A stretch of 57,421 bases of DNA, taken from Promethearchaeota archaeon (lineage in GTDB: Archaea > Asgardarchaeota > Lokiarchaeia > Sigyniarchaeales > SOKP01). The translations under genes were made by a program, and so were the position numbers. Under the pieces are notes generated by a model. It was given only the letters and a program-made list of their open reading frames with translations. It was not told the DNA's origin and searched no databases. Each line of letters begins with the position of its first letter. The first letter of the stretch is position 1. This document shows, piece after piece, positions 19,154 through 28,322 of the stretch. The DNA is taken from the NCBI GenBank assembly GCA_008080735.1, contig SHMW01000018.1, forward strand, positions 1 to 57,421. Reading direction: 5' to 3'.

Positions 19154-20341
19154 TTATTGGTTTTGCTCCAAAATAGTCACTGAGCATACACAGAATGCCC
19201 CGCCGAGATTATGACATAATCCAATCTTCGCATCTGGCACTTGTCGTCCTTCGGCTCTTCCTTGAAGCTGCTTGGTAATTTCTTGAAGCATTCTACATCC
19301 TGTAGAACCAATCGGGTGTCCGAAAGATTTCAATCCTCCAGAAGGATTAACTGCAGTTTCTCCGTCATAATTAAAGGTTCCGTTCTTTAATTCTTCAGCT
19401 GCTTGACCTCGTTCACAGAATTGTAGATCTTGGCAATTTATCAATTCCGTTATTGTAAAGCAATCATGAACTTCTGCTGCATCGATTTCTTGTCTTGGAT
19501 TAGTGATTCCCGCTTCTTTATACGCATATTCAGCAGCTTTCGTGGTTGCCGGAAAATGTGTAAAATCAGCACCAGGACCTCCAGGTGGTACGTACCATGG
19601 AAAATTGGTCCTACATGAAATTGCGTTAGCTTTTACGACCACATAATCATCTCCATGCGCATAACTTGGTGCCATTTCTGGGGTTGTCAAGATTAATGCC
19701 GCCGCTCCGTCAGACATGGCGCAGCAATCGAAGCGTCCCAGCGGATCTGCAATCATTGGCGCCCGCATTACTGTATCGACATCCACTTTACTTCTGAAGT
19801 GTGCCTTTGGATGATAATACCCATTCTCATGATTCTTCACGGCGACTCGTGCTAAGTCTTCTTTTTGCCAGCCAAATTCTTTAAAACTTCGAGTGGCAGC
19901 CATTGAAAACATAGCGGGGGCAGAAGGAGTTGGAAATACTGGATGTCCAAAGATCTTAAATCCAGGAAGTCCGCTTGAACCTTCATCCATCAATTTTTCC
20001 ACACCACAAGCCATAACCACATCATAAGCACCTGACGCAATAGCAAAGCAAGCATTACGAAACGCATCCATACCAGAAGCGCAGTAATTTTCTGTTCTCG
20101 TTACCGGTTTTCCGCCCAATTTTAATATATCCTCCACTGTTGAACCAGATAACCCCGTGAAATAATAAAAAATTCCTACCCATGCCGCATCGATGTCGTC
20201 TTTTGTTATCCCCGCGTCGTCAAATGCGCCATGTGCCGCTTCATATAAGAGATCATATTGATTATAATCCCATAATTCCCCATATTTCGTGGCATCTGCT
20301 CCAATTATAGCTACTTTATCTCTAATTCCTTTTCTAACCAT
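19154..20341 (-). CDS. Thiolase (archaeal/SCP2-type acetyl-CoA acetyltransferase)
   Basis: ENYCASG, EVHDCF, NPSGGLKSFGHPIG; AGGAGGTG RBS precedes ATG 20341. Confidence 0.92.
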   Translation of the reverse strand: MVRKGIRDKVAIIGADATKYGELWDYNQYDLLYEAAHGAFDDAGITKDDIDAAWVGIFYYFTGLSGSTVEDILKLGGKPVTRTENYCASGMDAFRNACFAIASGAYDVVMACGVEKLMDEGSSGLPGFKIFGHPVFPTPSAPAMFSMAATRSFKEFGWQKEDLARVAVKNHENGYYHPKAHFRSKVDVDTVMRAPMIADPLGRFDCCAMSDGAAALILTTPEMAPSYAHGDDYVVVKANAISCRTNFPWYVPPGGPGADFTHFPATTKAAEYAYKEAGITNPRQEIDAAEVHDCFTITELINCQDLQFCERGQAAEELKNGTFNYDGETAVNPSGGLKSFGHPIGSTGCRMLQEITKQLQGRAEGRQVPDAKIGLCHNLGGAFCVCSVTILEQNQ

Positions 20342-20342
20342 T

Positions 20343-21803
20343 TTATTTTTCACCTCCTACGATATCAGGTCGACCGCGAACGGGACGACACTTCCAATAA
20401 TAATTGATAAAATCCGCACCTTCGTGTTCCTTGCGAAAGGTAAGCTCTACTCTCATACCAATCTCGACATTCTTTTCTGGATTTTCAATTTCCGTCATAT
20501 TCATTAAAACACGTCCGCCACCATCAAGATCAATAACACATCGAGGGACTGGAGTATCATAATAATTACCTCCAACAAGATGATCAAGAGTAAAGGTAAA
20601 AATTTCACCTTGATAAGAAAGTTTAATTTTCTCCAGCTGACCATCGGCTTGACAAACATAGCATGATTTATGATTGACGGGATATTGGATAGCTCCACAA
20701 TTCGTACATTTTAATCCATAATTTCGATACACAGAATCCGCATCTCTCCATATGGTGACGGCGGAACTCTTACGTGTGTATCTGTCCTTTTCCAATAATT
20801 CTTTACTTTCGATGAATTTATTATAGTTTTTCAACTGTTCCATCGATTTTTGATGTCCATTAACTCCCAATCTTGTTTTTCCAAGATTTCTAACAGCCCT
20901 TCTATCTTGGACTTTCATAAGAATGGCATCTGCTCCATCGCCATACCCCGCCATTAAAATATTAGCATCCTCATCGGGTCTACGTAATGCGCTAATCAAT
21001 AACAAGATAGGCATAGGAGTGCCTAAATCTCCTATTTGGAAAAACATTCCATTTTGAGCTACACCCCGTTCAAATTCCATTCTTTTCGAAATTCCCGCAT
21101 GCATCTTAGGATTATTGTAATAATATGCAGCATGTTGTATGTCTTTAGGGCCTAAATTGTTTTTCTCCAATAATTTATTCATTACGGTTAATAGACTCTG
21201 CATATATAATTTTGCATCCATCTTCACCTCAAAGGTACGTATAAAGTTATCCTTGTCTCTTCGTTTCCAAGGTCCCAAAATATTTTTGGCGACGGAATAG
21301 GTATCTTCGATCGAAATAGGGATTTTTTCCTCATCAGCGATCAAAAGAGCACCCGCTCCATCTGCGAATCCATATTCCCACATAGTTGCTGGTTCGGGTT
21401 CTCTTTGATCAGCAGCAAGTACGAGAATACTTTTAATATCATCATTCGCTTTTATAGTTTCATAAGCACGCGCTACTGCAGTACTCCCCGCTTTCAGTGA
21501 ATCCGTAAAATCTGCCGTGACAATATCATCCCGCAGATCTAAAACGGCGGAAATAATTGAAGCGGAATCCTTTTCCGTATATACTTGGGTGGTGGTAGCA
21601 TAATATAATCCATCAACCGATTTTGGATCAAATCCCGCAAGGCAATCCAATCCCGCTTCTACGGCCATAGTGAGACTATCTTCATCTGCAAGGGCGAATG
21701 CCTTCGTACCAGGAACTATCGGAAAGTCCCATGCTTTACCGATTAACTTCCTTGGCAAAAGATATTTCGGCAGATAAGCTCCATATGATTTAATTCCAAT
21801 CAT
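20343..21803 (-). CDS. HMG-CoA-synthase-like domain fused to a DUF35 (Zn-ribbon + OB-fold) domain
   Basis: MIGIKSYGAYLP, DEDSLTMAVEAG, GYGDGADA; C-terminal CTNCG...CYVC and VEIGMRVELTFRK. Confidence 0.9.
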   Translation of the reverse strand: MIGIKSYGAYLPKYLLPRKLIGKAWDFPIVPGTKAFALADEDSLTMAVEAGLDCLAGFDPKSVDGLYYATTTQVYTEKDSASIISAVLDLRDDIVTADFTDSLKAGSTAVARAYETIKANDDIKSILVLAADQREPEPATMWEYGFADGAGALLIADEEKIPISIEDTYSVAKNILGPWKRRDKDNFIRTFEVKMDAKLYMQSLLTVMNKLLEKNNLGPKDIQHAAYYYNNPKMHAGISKRMEFERGVAQNGMFFQIGDLGTPMPILLLISALRRPDEDANILMAGYGDGADAILMKVQDRRAVRNLGKTRLGVNGHQKSMEQLKNYNKFIESKELLEKDRYTRKSSAVTIWRDADSVYRNYGLKCTNCGAIQYPVNHKSCYVCQADGQLEKIKLSYQGEIFTFTLDHLVGGNYYDTPVPRCVIDLDGGGRVLMNMTEIENPEKNVEIGMRVELTFRKEHEGADFINYYWKCRPVRGRPDIVGGEK

Positions 21804-21954
21804 TTATCTTATTCCTTTTGTTATTTTTTATATTTTTATATTTGTATATTAAATATATTTTAGATCTATTAGGTTAAAAAGCTTTCTTGATTAAATTCAC
21901 AAATAACGATGAGAGATTAAAATCAAGAAGAAAAGAAGATCTTGGAAGGATTAT

Positions 21955-22860
21955 TTACATTCGACAGCTTTTTATATTTTTTGTTAAGTATACTTGTATT
22001 GTGGATTCCGTAATATCAAACTTTTGATGAATATAATCTGTCACTTTTTGTAGAAATACATCTTGATCCACACCCTCTTGTAATTGTAGATGAGTTGTGA
22101 GCACTAATAATGAGGGAGTAATGGTCCATAAATGAGTGTGCTTTACCTCTTCAATTTCCTTGAAACTTTCAGCTAAGTCATTTTCAATTGTATCAACATC
22201 TAAACCTTTTGGTGCCATCTCAAGTAAAATACGACCCGAATCGCCTAATATGTTTATTGACCAAGAGATAATTAATCCAGCTATAAGAAACCCAATTAAA
22301 GGGTCCAAAAAAGTAAAGCCTGTATAATAAATAACGATTGCAGCAACGACGACGCCTACAGATGAGATTGCATCTCCAATCATGTGGTAAAACACTCCTT
22401 TTACATTAAGATCCTTATCACGGCTTCCTTGTAATATTAAAATGCTTGTGATATTTACACTTAGACCGATCAAAGCAATAAATATCATATAAATTATTTC
22501 AATCTCAACTGGATTAAGTAACCTTTCGATGGCTTCAAAAATAATCAATCCAACCATTACCAATAAGAAAAGCCCATTGATAAATGCAGCAAGAACTTCT
22601 GCTCTATACATACCAAAAGTTCTATGATGGCAAGTTGGCTTTTGAGCTAAGTATATGGCAAACAAACTAATACTAATAGCAAAGGCATGGGTAAACATGT
22701 GCCCCGCGTCAGTTATCAACGCAATACTATTCGAAAAAATTCCTCCGACCACCTCTACAATCATAACAGAAAGAGTAATAACGAGGGAAATAATTAAGCG
22801 TTTTTTTTCAACTTCGCGAAATTCGAAAATTCTATCCTTTGGGGTTTGGGGGGTTTTCAT
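21955..22860 (-). CDS. Cation diffusion facilitator (CzcD/ZitB-like Zn/Co/Cd exporter)
   Basis: SIALITDAGHM, TFGMYRAEVLAA, HMIGDAISS, H.HLWTIT. Confidence 0.93.
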   Translation of the reverse strand: MKTPQTPKDRIFEFREVEKKRLIISLVITLSVMIVEVVGGIFSNSIALITDAGHMFTHAFAISISLFAIYLAQKPTCHHRTFGMYRAEVLAAFINGLFLLVMVGLIIFEAIERLLNPVEIEIIYMIFIALIGLSVNITSILILQGSRDKDLNVKGVFYHMIGDAISSVGVVVAAIVIYYTGFTFLDPLIGFLIAGLIISWSINILGDSGRILLEMAPKGLDVDTIENDLAESFKEIEEVKHTHLWTITPSLLVLTTHLQLQEGVDQDVFLQKVTDYIHQKFDITESTIQVYLTKNIKSCRM

Positions 22861-22990
22861 GGTATATCTCTCTTATCTACAAAACCAGTTTAAGTTTTTA
22901 ATTCTTATGATAATATTTCATTAGAAACTGTTCTCAATGATGGGGTGATTCTAATCTATATGGTCTTATAGAGAAATTTTTGGAAAGAGT

Positions 22991-23120
22991 GGCTCCTGTT
23001 CGGTCTAAGAGGCGTCAAAAAGGAAAAAAGACGCCAAAATAAAAGAAATAAGGAGGAGAAAGTGTGCGCCTAACGCTACACTAACCAAAAGACAAAAATC
23101 CAGGGAACCTCACAGGAGCC
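22991..23120 (+). ncRNA. Putative structured non-coding RNA of unknown family (strand not certain)
   Basis: GC-rich island in an AT-rich spacer. Closing stem GGCTCCTGT(22991-99)/ACAGGAGCC(23112-20); hairpins GGCGTC/GACGCC and AGTGT-GCG/CGC-t-ACACT; followed immediately by TTATTTTTTT. Confidence 0.6.
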
Positions 23121-23543
23121 TTATTTTTTTGTATTATTTTAGATAGGTTTTACTTTTATGTAAATTTTCCTTTTATTATTACAATTTTATGTTAATTTTT
23201 GTATAAAAATTTTTATTTTTATTAAGGAAAGTAAGATATTTAAATTTTTAAACCTCTCTCTTATAATTAACAATTAAACCAAAAACGTTAGATTTGTACT
23301 ATTGTCCACAAGATAACAAGGGAACTAATCTAAGTATCTAAATGGCAATTAAAATTTGACATATACTTAACCAAAATACAGATCTCCGATATATTGGTTG
23401 AAAAAAGTTTTCACAAATGTGAAAATAAAAAAGTAAGTGTTAATATTTTTAATTAAATGGATTAGATAGTTCAATTATAAAGGGATTATTTAAAAAACAA
23501 ATTATATCCAATAAATTTACATAAATTAGAGGAGGTATCAATC

Positions 23544-23831
23544 GTGAATTACTGTCCCGAATGTGGTTCAAAAATCGAAGAAAATTCAAAAGTATGTCAA
23601 TTTTGTGGTTATTCCTTAACGAGTCTTTCAAAACCCGAAAGTTCTTCTGAAAAAGATAAGCGAATACAAGAATTAGAGAAGAAAATTGAGAGATTAGAAA
23701 AAAGCACACAATCTAAGCAAAAGTCGTCAGGGTCTGGAAATGAGAATACACCTTGGGTGTTTATAACACCGATAGCGTTTGCTGCGATTTTCTTTTTGTT
23801 TGTATTCATGATAATTTTTATCACGCGATAA
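23544..23831 (+). CDS. Zinc-ribbon, coiled-coil, C-terminally membrane-anchored small protein
   Basis: YCPECG...CQFCG, KDKRIQELEKKIERLEK, terminal TM helix; GGAGGT RBS upstream of the GTG start. Confidence 0.85.
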   Translation: MNYCPECGSKIEENSKVCQFCGYSLTSLSKPESSSEKDKRIQELEKKIERLEKSTQSKQKSSGSGNENTPWVFITPIAFAAIFFLFVFMIIFITR

Positions 23832-23897
23832 AATACTTTTTTTTACCGTATTCTAATTATCAAATTGCCAACTTAGTCTTATGCTTTATTTCGATTT

Positions 23898-24701
23898 TTA
23901 TAAGAGGACTCTTTCTTGAGTAGAAAAATGCTCTATACCGTACAACTTAATGATTCGAATATCCATAAAAACATAAAAAGTGCTTACCAGAATTATGGCG
24001 ATGAGAGAGATTTGTTGGGAAGTCACCAGATTATAAGATATATGTAAGAGAATTATCATTAACAGGTTTCCATTAGATTGGTTAAAGAGAAAAGTAAATA
24101 CAATAGAACCCGTCAGCATTAGAGGAAACATAAATACAAACCCATATAATAAATTAAAACGATAGAAAAAGGTGGGAAAATGCCAGAACCACCAGACTAA
24201 AGTTAAAATAAGAGTGGATCTTAGGGCATTAAATTTTTCTTGTAAATGAGGTAAGAAAAACCCACGCCATCCAATCTCTTCAAAAAATCCATAAAAAAGA
24301 CTCGGTAAGATAAAAACGAGAAGATTTATCGGATCATATAGGGAGTTTTGTTCAATAAACTGGACTATGTTAAATAAGCCAAAAATAGACTCAAAAAGCA
24401 AGCTTATCAAAAGAATGATCAATGGAACAAAAGCAAATACTAAGATTTTCCAGCCTGAAAATTTGGTAAGTCTATCCTTGAGCAAGAATAATCCTTCTCT
24501 TTTCTTTAATAGCGAGAGTGCAACTAAACCTCCGATTGCAGGACCGATAGATCCGAGAGAGTGCCAAATTTCTCTTGACACATAATTCATATCGTTGTAA
24601 ACTATACTTAAAGGAAATAATATCGACCAAGTAATAACATATGAGAGAATGATATAAATCAGGCTCATTAGAGGGAAATGAGGATTTGTTCGCGTCATCA
24701 T
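23898..24701 (-). CDS. CPBP (CAAX/Abi) family intramembrane metalloprotease
   Basis: EEIGWRG, WH.P, H.SYN motifs with multiple TM helices. Confidence 0.92.
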   Translation of the reverse strand: MMTRTNPHFPLMSLIYIILSYVITWSILFPLSIVYNDMNYVSREIWHSLGSIGPAIGGLVALSLLKKREGLFLLKDRLTKFSGWKILVFAFVPLIILLISLLFESIFGLFNIVQFIEQNSLYDPINLLVFILPSLFYGFFEEIGWRGFFLPHLQEKFNALRSTLILTLVWWFWHFPTFFYRFNLLYGFVFMFPLMLTGSIVFTFLFNQSNGNLLMIILLHISYNLVTSQQISLIAIILVSTFYVFMDIRIIKLYGIEHFSTQERVLL

Positions 24702-24860
24702 ATTGATTAGTATAATGGAATATCTAATAAATTATGGTAAGTTACTATTAGAGTAAAATAAAAATTAAAGCATTTCTTATAATGAGAAAAAAAGACAATG
24801 ATAAGCGATTTTTATCATTTTAATCGTACTCATTAATCATATGCAAATATGGAAAAGATT

Positions 24861-26528
24861 TTAAATTTTTAAGACAGCTCCTTTGTCTGCAGAAGTAACT
24901 AATGCTCGATATTTTAGTAATGTCTTACTATTAATTTCTTTCTCATAGGGAGTCCAATCTTGGAATCTTGTTTGGATTTCACTCTTATCCAATTTAAGAT
25001 GAATCTTACGATTAGGTATGTCTATTTGGATTAAATCTCCGTTTTCGATAATCGCAATGGGACCACCCACATAAGCTTCAGGGGAGATATGTCCTATACA
25101 CGGACCTTCAGTGGCACCCGAAAATCTCCCATCAGTAATTAAAGCGACCTCATCCATATCCTTCCTGAGCATCAGGTTTGCGGTCATCGCGACTAATTCC
25201 GGCATACCAGGCCCTCCCTTTGGTCCTTCATATCTAATAACAATAATATCACCATTTTCAATCTCATGTTTTGACAGTGCATTAATGGCATCCTTTTCAG
25301 AATTATAAACTCGTGCGGGTCCCTCACATTCCAGCATTTTATTATTAGAAATCGCAGATTGTTTTACAACCGCACCGTCTGGAGCTAAATTCCCTTTTAG
25401 AATGACGGTGCCTCCTTGTGTAAATACTGGATTATCAAGAGGTCTAATAATCTTGTCATTCAGAACTTTAACTCTTCGAATATTCTTTTTTAACGGTTTT
25501 CCGGTAACCGTCATACAGTCCAAATGTAAATAGTCTTTAAGTCTTGTCAGAACTGCTGGGATTCCACCCGCTTTATATAAGTCAGTAGTGCCATATTCTC
25601 CAGAAGGAGAGACATTCACTATCATGGGAATTTGTTCGCTATACTTATTAAAAATATCTAAATCCAAATCTATTCCCATTTCATAAGCTATTGCTGGTAA
25701 ATGGAGTGTTGAATTAGTGGACCCTCCTAATGCCATATCGGCAATCACCGCATTTTCTAGGGACTCCCTTGTTAATATCTTTGATGGGGTAATATTTTTT
25801 TCCAATAAATCTATAATCTGCCTCCCAGAATTCTTAGCGATCACATATTTCATTCTCGTCATAGCTGGAATCGTAGCCGCATTTGGCAGAGTCATCCCCA
25901 TCACTTCCATTAAACATTGGATCGTATTCGCAGTTCCCATAAATTCACATGCCCCATAGGTTGCACAAGAGACGCACATAGTTTTTTCCACAAAATCATC
26001 ATAGAGTTTATTATCAATTCCTTTATAATTGGGAGAGAATTCAATTTCAAAGAGATTCGGCCCACCTGGTACGCAAATCGTTGGAATGTCCACTCGCATC
26101 GCAGCCATTAAGACCGCCGGATTTATTTTATCACAACTTGACAAGGTCACCATCGCGTCTAACCTGTGAGCTTCGACCATAGACTCGATAGAATCAGCAA
26201 TAATTTCTCTTTGAGGCAAGATATATCTCATCCCGACATTCCCGTTTGCCCAACCATCGCAAGGTCCTACAGTACAGAATTCAAAAGGTAACCCACCCGC
26301 CTCAATGATGCCTTCTTTTACGGCTGTTGCCAATCTATTGAGATGCTTATGCCCAGGATTTAATTCATTCCATGTATTCACGATGCCAATGAAAGGTTTG
26401 TTTTTCAATTCCTTTTCTTCTAAGCCTAATCCACTGATTATTCCCAAAGGAGCAAAATAATACGGAGTACTTTTTATCACTTCAAATATTTCCTTACTTC
26501 TCTTTTTCAAGTTAGAATTATCTTTCAT
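24861..26528 (-). CDS. Dihydroxy-acid/sugar-acid dehydratase (IlvD/Edd family)
   Basis: PCDG, SCDKINP, GACEFMGTANT, GGSTN, YEGPKGGPGMPE, TDGRFSG, GHISPEA. Substrate (ilvD vs sugar acid) not determinable. Confidence 0.93.
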   Translation of the reverse strand: MKDNSNLKKRSKEIFEVIKSTPYYFAPLGIISGLGLEEKELKNKPFIGIVNTWNELNPGHKHLNRLATAVKEGIIEAGGLPFEFCTVGPCDGWANGNVGMRYILPQREIIADSIESMVEAHRLDAMVTLSSCDKINPAVLMAAMRVDIPTICVPGGPNLFEIEFSPNYKGIDNKLYDDFVEKTMCVSCATYGACEFMGTANTIQCLMEVMGMTLPNAATIPAMTRMKYVIAKNSGRQIIDLLEKNITPSKILTRESLENAVIADMALGGSTNSTLHLPAIAYEMGIDLDLDIFNKYSEQIPMIVNVSPSGEYGTTDLYKAGGIPAVLTRLKDYLHLDCMTVTGKPLKKNIRRVKVLNDKIIRPLDNPVFTQGGTVILKGNLAPDGAVVKQSAISNNKMLECEGPARVYNSEKDAINALSKHEIENGDIIVIRYEGPKGGPGMPELVAMTANLMLRKDMDEVALITDGRFSGATEGPCIGHISPEAYVGGPIAIIENGDLIQIDIPNRKIHLKLDKSEIQTRFQDWTPYEKEINSKTLLKYRALVTSADKGAVLKI

Positions 26529-26668
26529 TTATATCAATTTAATATGTTTCTCAGTTCTATAAAAAACTTTATCAAACTGTGTCAATATTTAAAGAACTCT
26601 ACTTATACTCCACTGAGAGTTTTTTTACCTAAAAATAAATAGATTCCTAAAAAAGTAAGAAGATTAAA

Positions 26669-27163
26669 TTAATTATCTTGCTCTAATTTCTTTTCCAATA
26701 CGATAAGGATGGGATTGAATCCGGATTTTTTAAATACTTCTATTAATTTACGAGATTGCTCCCCCCATCCAATGTTTATCCTAACTGACTCACAACCCCA
26801 ACTTACAAGTATTTGAACTGCACGATCAGCTAATATTTTACCAACTTTCTTGCCGATATAATCCTTATGAACTGCCCAATTATCCAAATACCCGATATAT
26901 CTTCCTAAAGTGTTTTTTACGGCTTCAACCATACCCATACCTATCACGTCTCCAGTTTCTTTAAGTTCAGCAATTAAGGTAATTCTCTTTAAATTAGGCT
27001 TGAATTGTCGTAATCCAGAGGATTTCTTCCATTTATCCTCATCCAATCCAATATCGAATTCATTATGTAGTTGCTGTAATATTTCCAGAGTTGCTGTATA
27101 ATCAGAAGTGCGATAATTTCGAATAATGATTTCATCCTCTTCTATTGTCTCTTCTTCAGACAT
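26669..27163 (-). CDS. GNAT family N-acetyltransferase
   Basis: YLDNWAVHKDYIGKKVGKIL acetyl-CoA-binding motif A; F.KSGF. Confidence 0.82.
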   Translation of the reverse strand: MSEEETIEEDEIIIRNYRTSDYTATLEILQQLHNEFDIGLDEDKWKKSSGLRQFKPNLKRITLIAELKETGDVIGMGMVEAVKNTLGRYIGYLDNWAVHKDYIGKKVGKILADRAVQILVSWGCESVRINIGWGEQSRKLIEVFKKSGFNPILIVLEKKLEQDN

Positions 27164-27181
27164 TATGATTTCCTCTTAAAT

Positions 27182-28186
27182 TTAATTATTATTTTCTTTT
27201 TGTAAAGTCTCTAAATCAATTTTTTTGGTAAGAAGTTTTTCATTATTTTCTTCTTGAATCAAGAAAAATAAATATTCATTAATATGTGGGATAATTGGAG
27301 AGATGAAGAGAAGCTCTTCTTCGGGATACCACTCATCGATAGTCTGGTTCATTATTTCCTTTTCAAAAAATTCCTTAACATGAGTAATCTTAACGGAAAT
27401 TTCCCTAAAATTCTTTTCTGTATTATTACTCACCAGAATCTCAAGTTCACTGGAATCTTCGACCATATCTATATCTACGATCTCGAAAGGTCTCTGTAGA
27501 CTATACTCTCCTCCCTCTTTTTTGGTTGGATCAAAAATTTTGATATTTGAAAATGAAGAATCACCCATAATATGGCTCACATCAATTCCTTTCAATGCTA
27601 AAAAAGAGATTGCTTTTTGTTTTTTAATCGAACTTGAATCTCTCTCTTTTATCACAGAAGAAAAATATTTCTTACACGTATTGCGGATATCCTCCTTTAT
27701 TTCCTTTTTAGTTTCTTCGCCTTCTTGAATACATTGCTTAATTTTCGGTGTTTTGATTACCTCATCTCTTGCGATTTCGCATTCGATAACTTCGTATAGC
27801 TCCTCATCGTATTTTTCTTTAATGAGCTCTGTTATTTTTCTGATTAATTCATCGCCAAAAATATCTAAATCATTCGGTAGAGAAATAATAATGATAATAG
27901 TTTCGGGAGTTTCTTTTTGTAATCCTGCCCGACGCTTTTCTCGTTCAGATTTTGCAAGAAATTTTTTCCCAAAGAAGGTATAACCTTTATATTCCAAATC
28001 GATATGATCCAACGCTTCACTCTCTTCGAGTTCTAGGAACCAAATAGGATGATATTTAATAGGACGCATGAAGGATTTATTATCCTTTAACTCCTCATTT
28101 GGAAACATAATAAGCGGAATATGGCCTTTCTCCTCATCAAAATAGAGGACATACACGTAGCATAATTCTTCTAAGGGATTCTTCAT
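27182..28186 (-). CDS. Hypothetical protein with an N-terminal uDENN/longin-like domain
   Basis: VYVLYFDEEKGHIPLIMFP and RRAG...ETIIIIISLP resemble uDENN FD...G....P and RG....SLVI.S.LP patterns; beta-rich C-terminal domain. Confidence 0.7.
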   Translation of the reverse strand: MKNPLEELCYVYVLYFDEEKGHIPLIMFPNEELKDNKSFMRPIKYHPIWFLELEESEALDHIDLEYKGYTFFGKKFLAKSEREKRRAGLQKETPETIIIIISLPNDLDIFGDELIRKITELIKEKYDEELYEVIECEIARDEVIKTPKIKQCIQEGEETKKEIKEDIRNTCKKYFSSVIKERDSSSIKKQKAISFLALKGIDVSHIMGDSSFSNIKIFDPTKKEGGEYSLQRPFEIVDIDMVEDSSELEILVSNNTEKNFREISVKITHVKEFFEKEIMNQTIDEWYPEEELLFISPIIPHINEYLFFLIQEENNEKLLTKKIDLETLQKENNN

Positions 28187-28322
28187 TTTGCTATGATTTT
28201 ATCTAATTTTCACTAATTCTAAGTGTTTTTAAATTAAATATCAACAAAACAATTAAATAATTCTTAAACTAAAAATTTTTACAATAGCAAAAAATTTTTA
28301 ATTATTAAGGAGTGAACGAGAT

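Noticed and set aside
22991-23120. NiCo (czcD) riboswitch, 5S rRNA or tRNA assignment for the structured element
   Set aside because: Lacks the conserved junction sequences and four-way fold I recall for NiCo, and the conserved motifs of 5S rRNA and tRNA.
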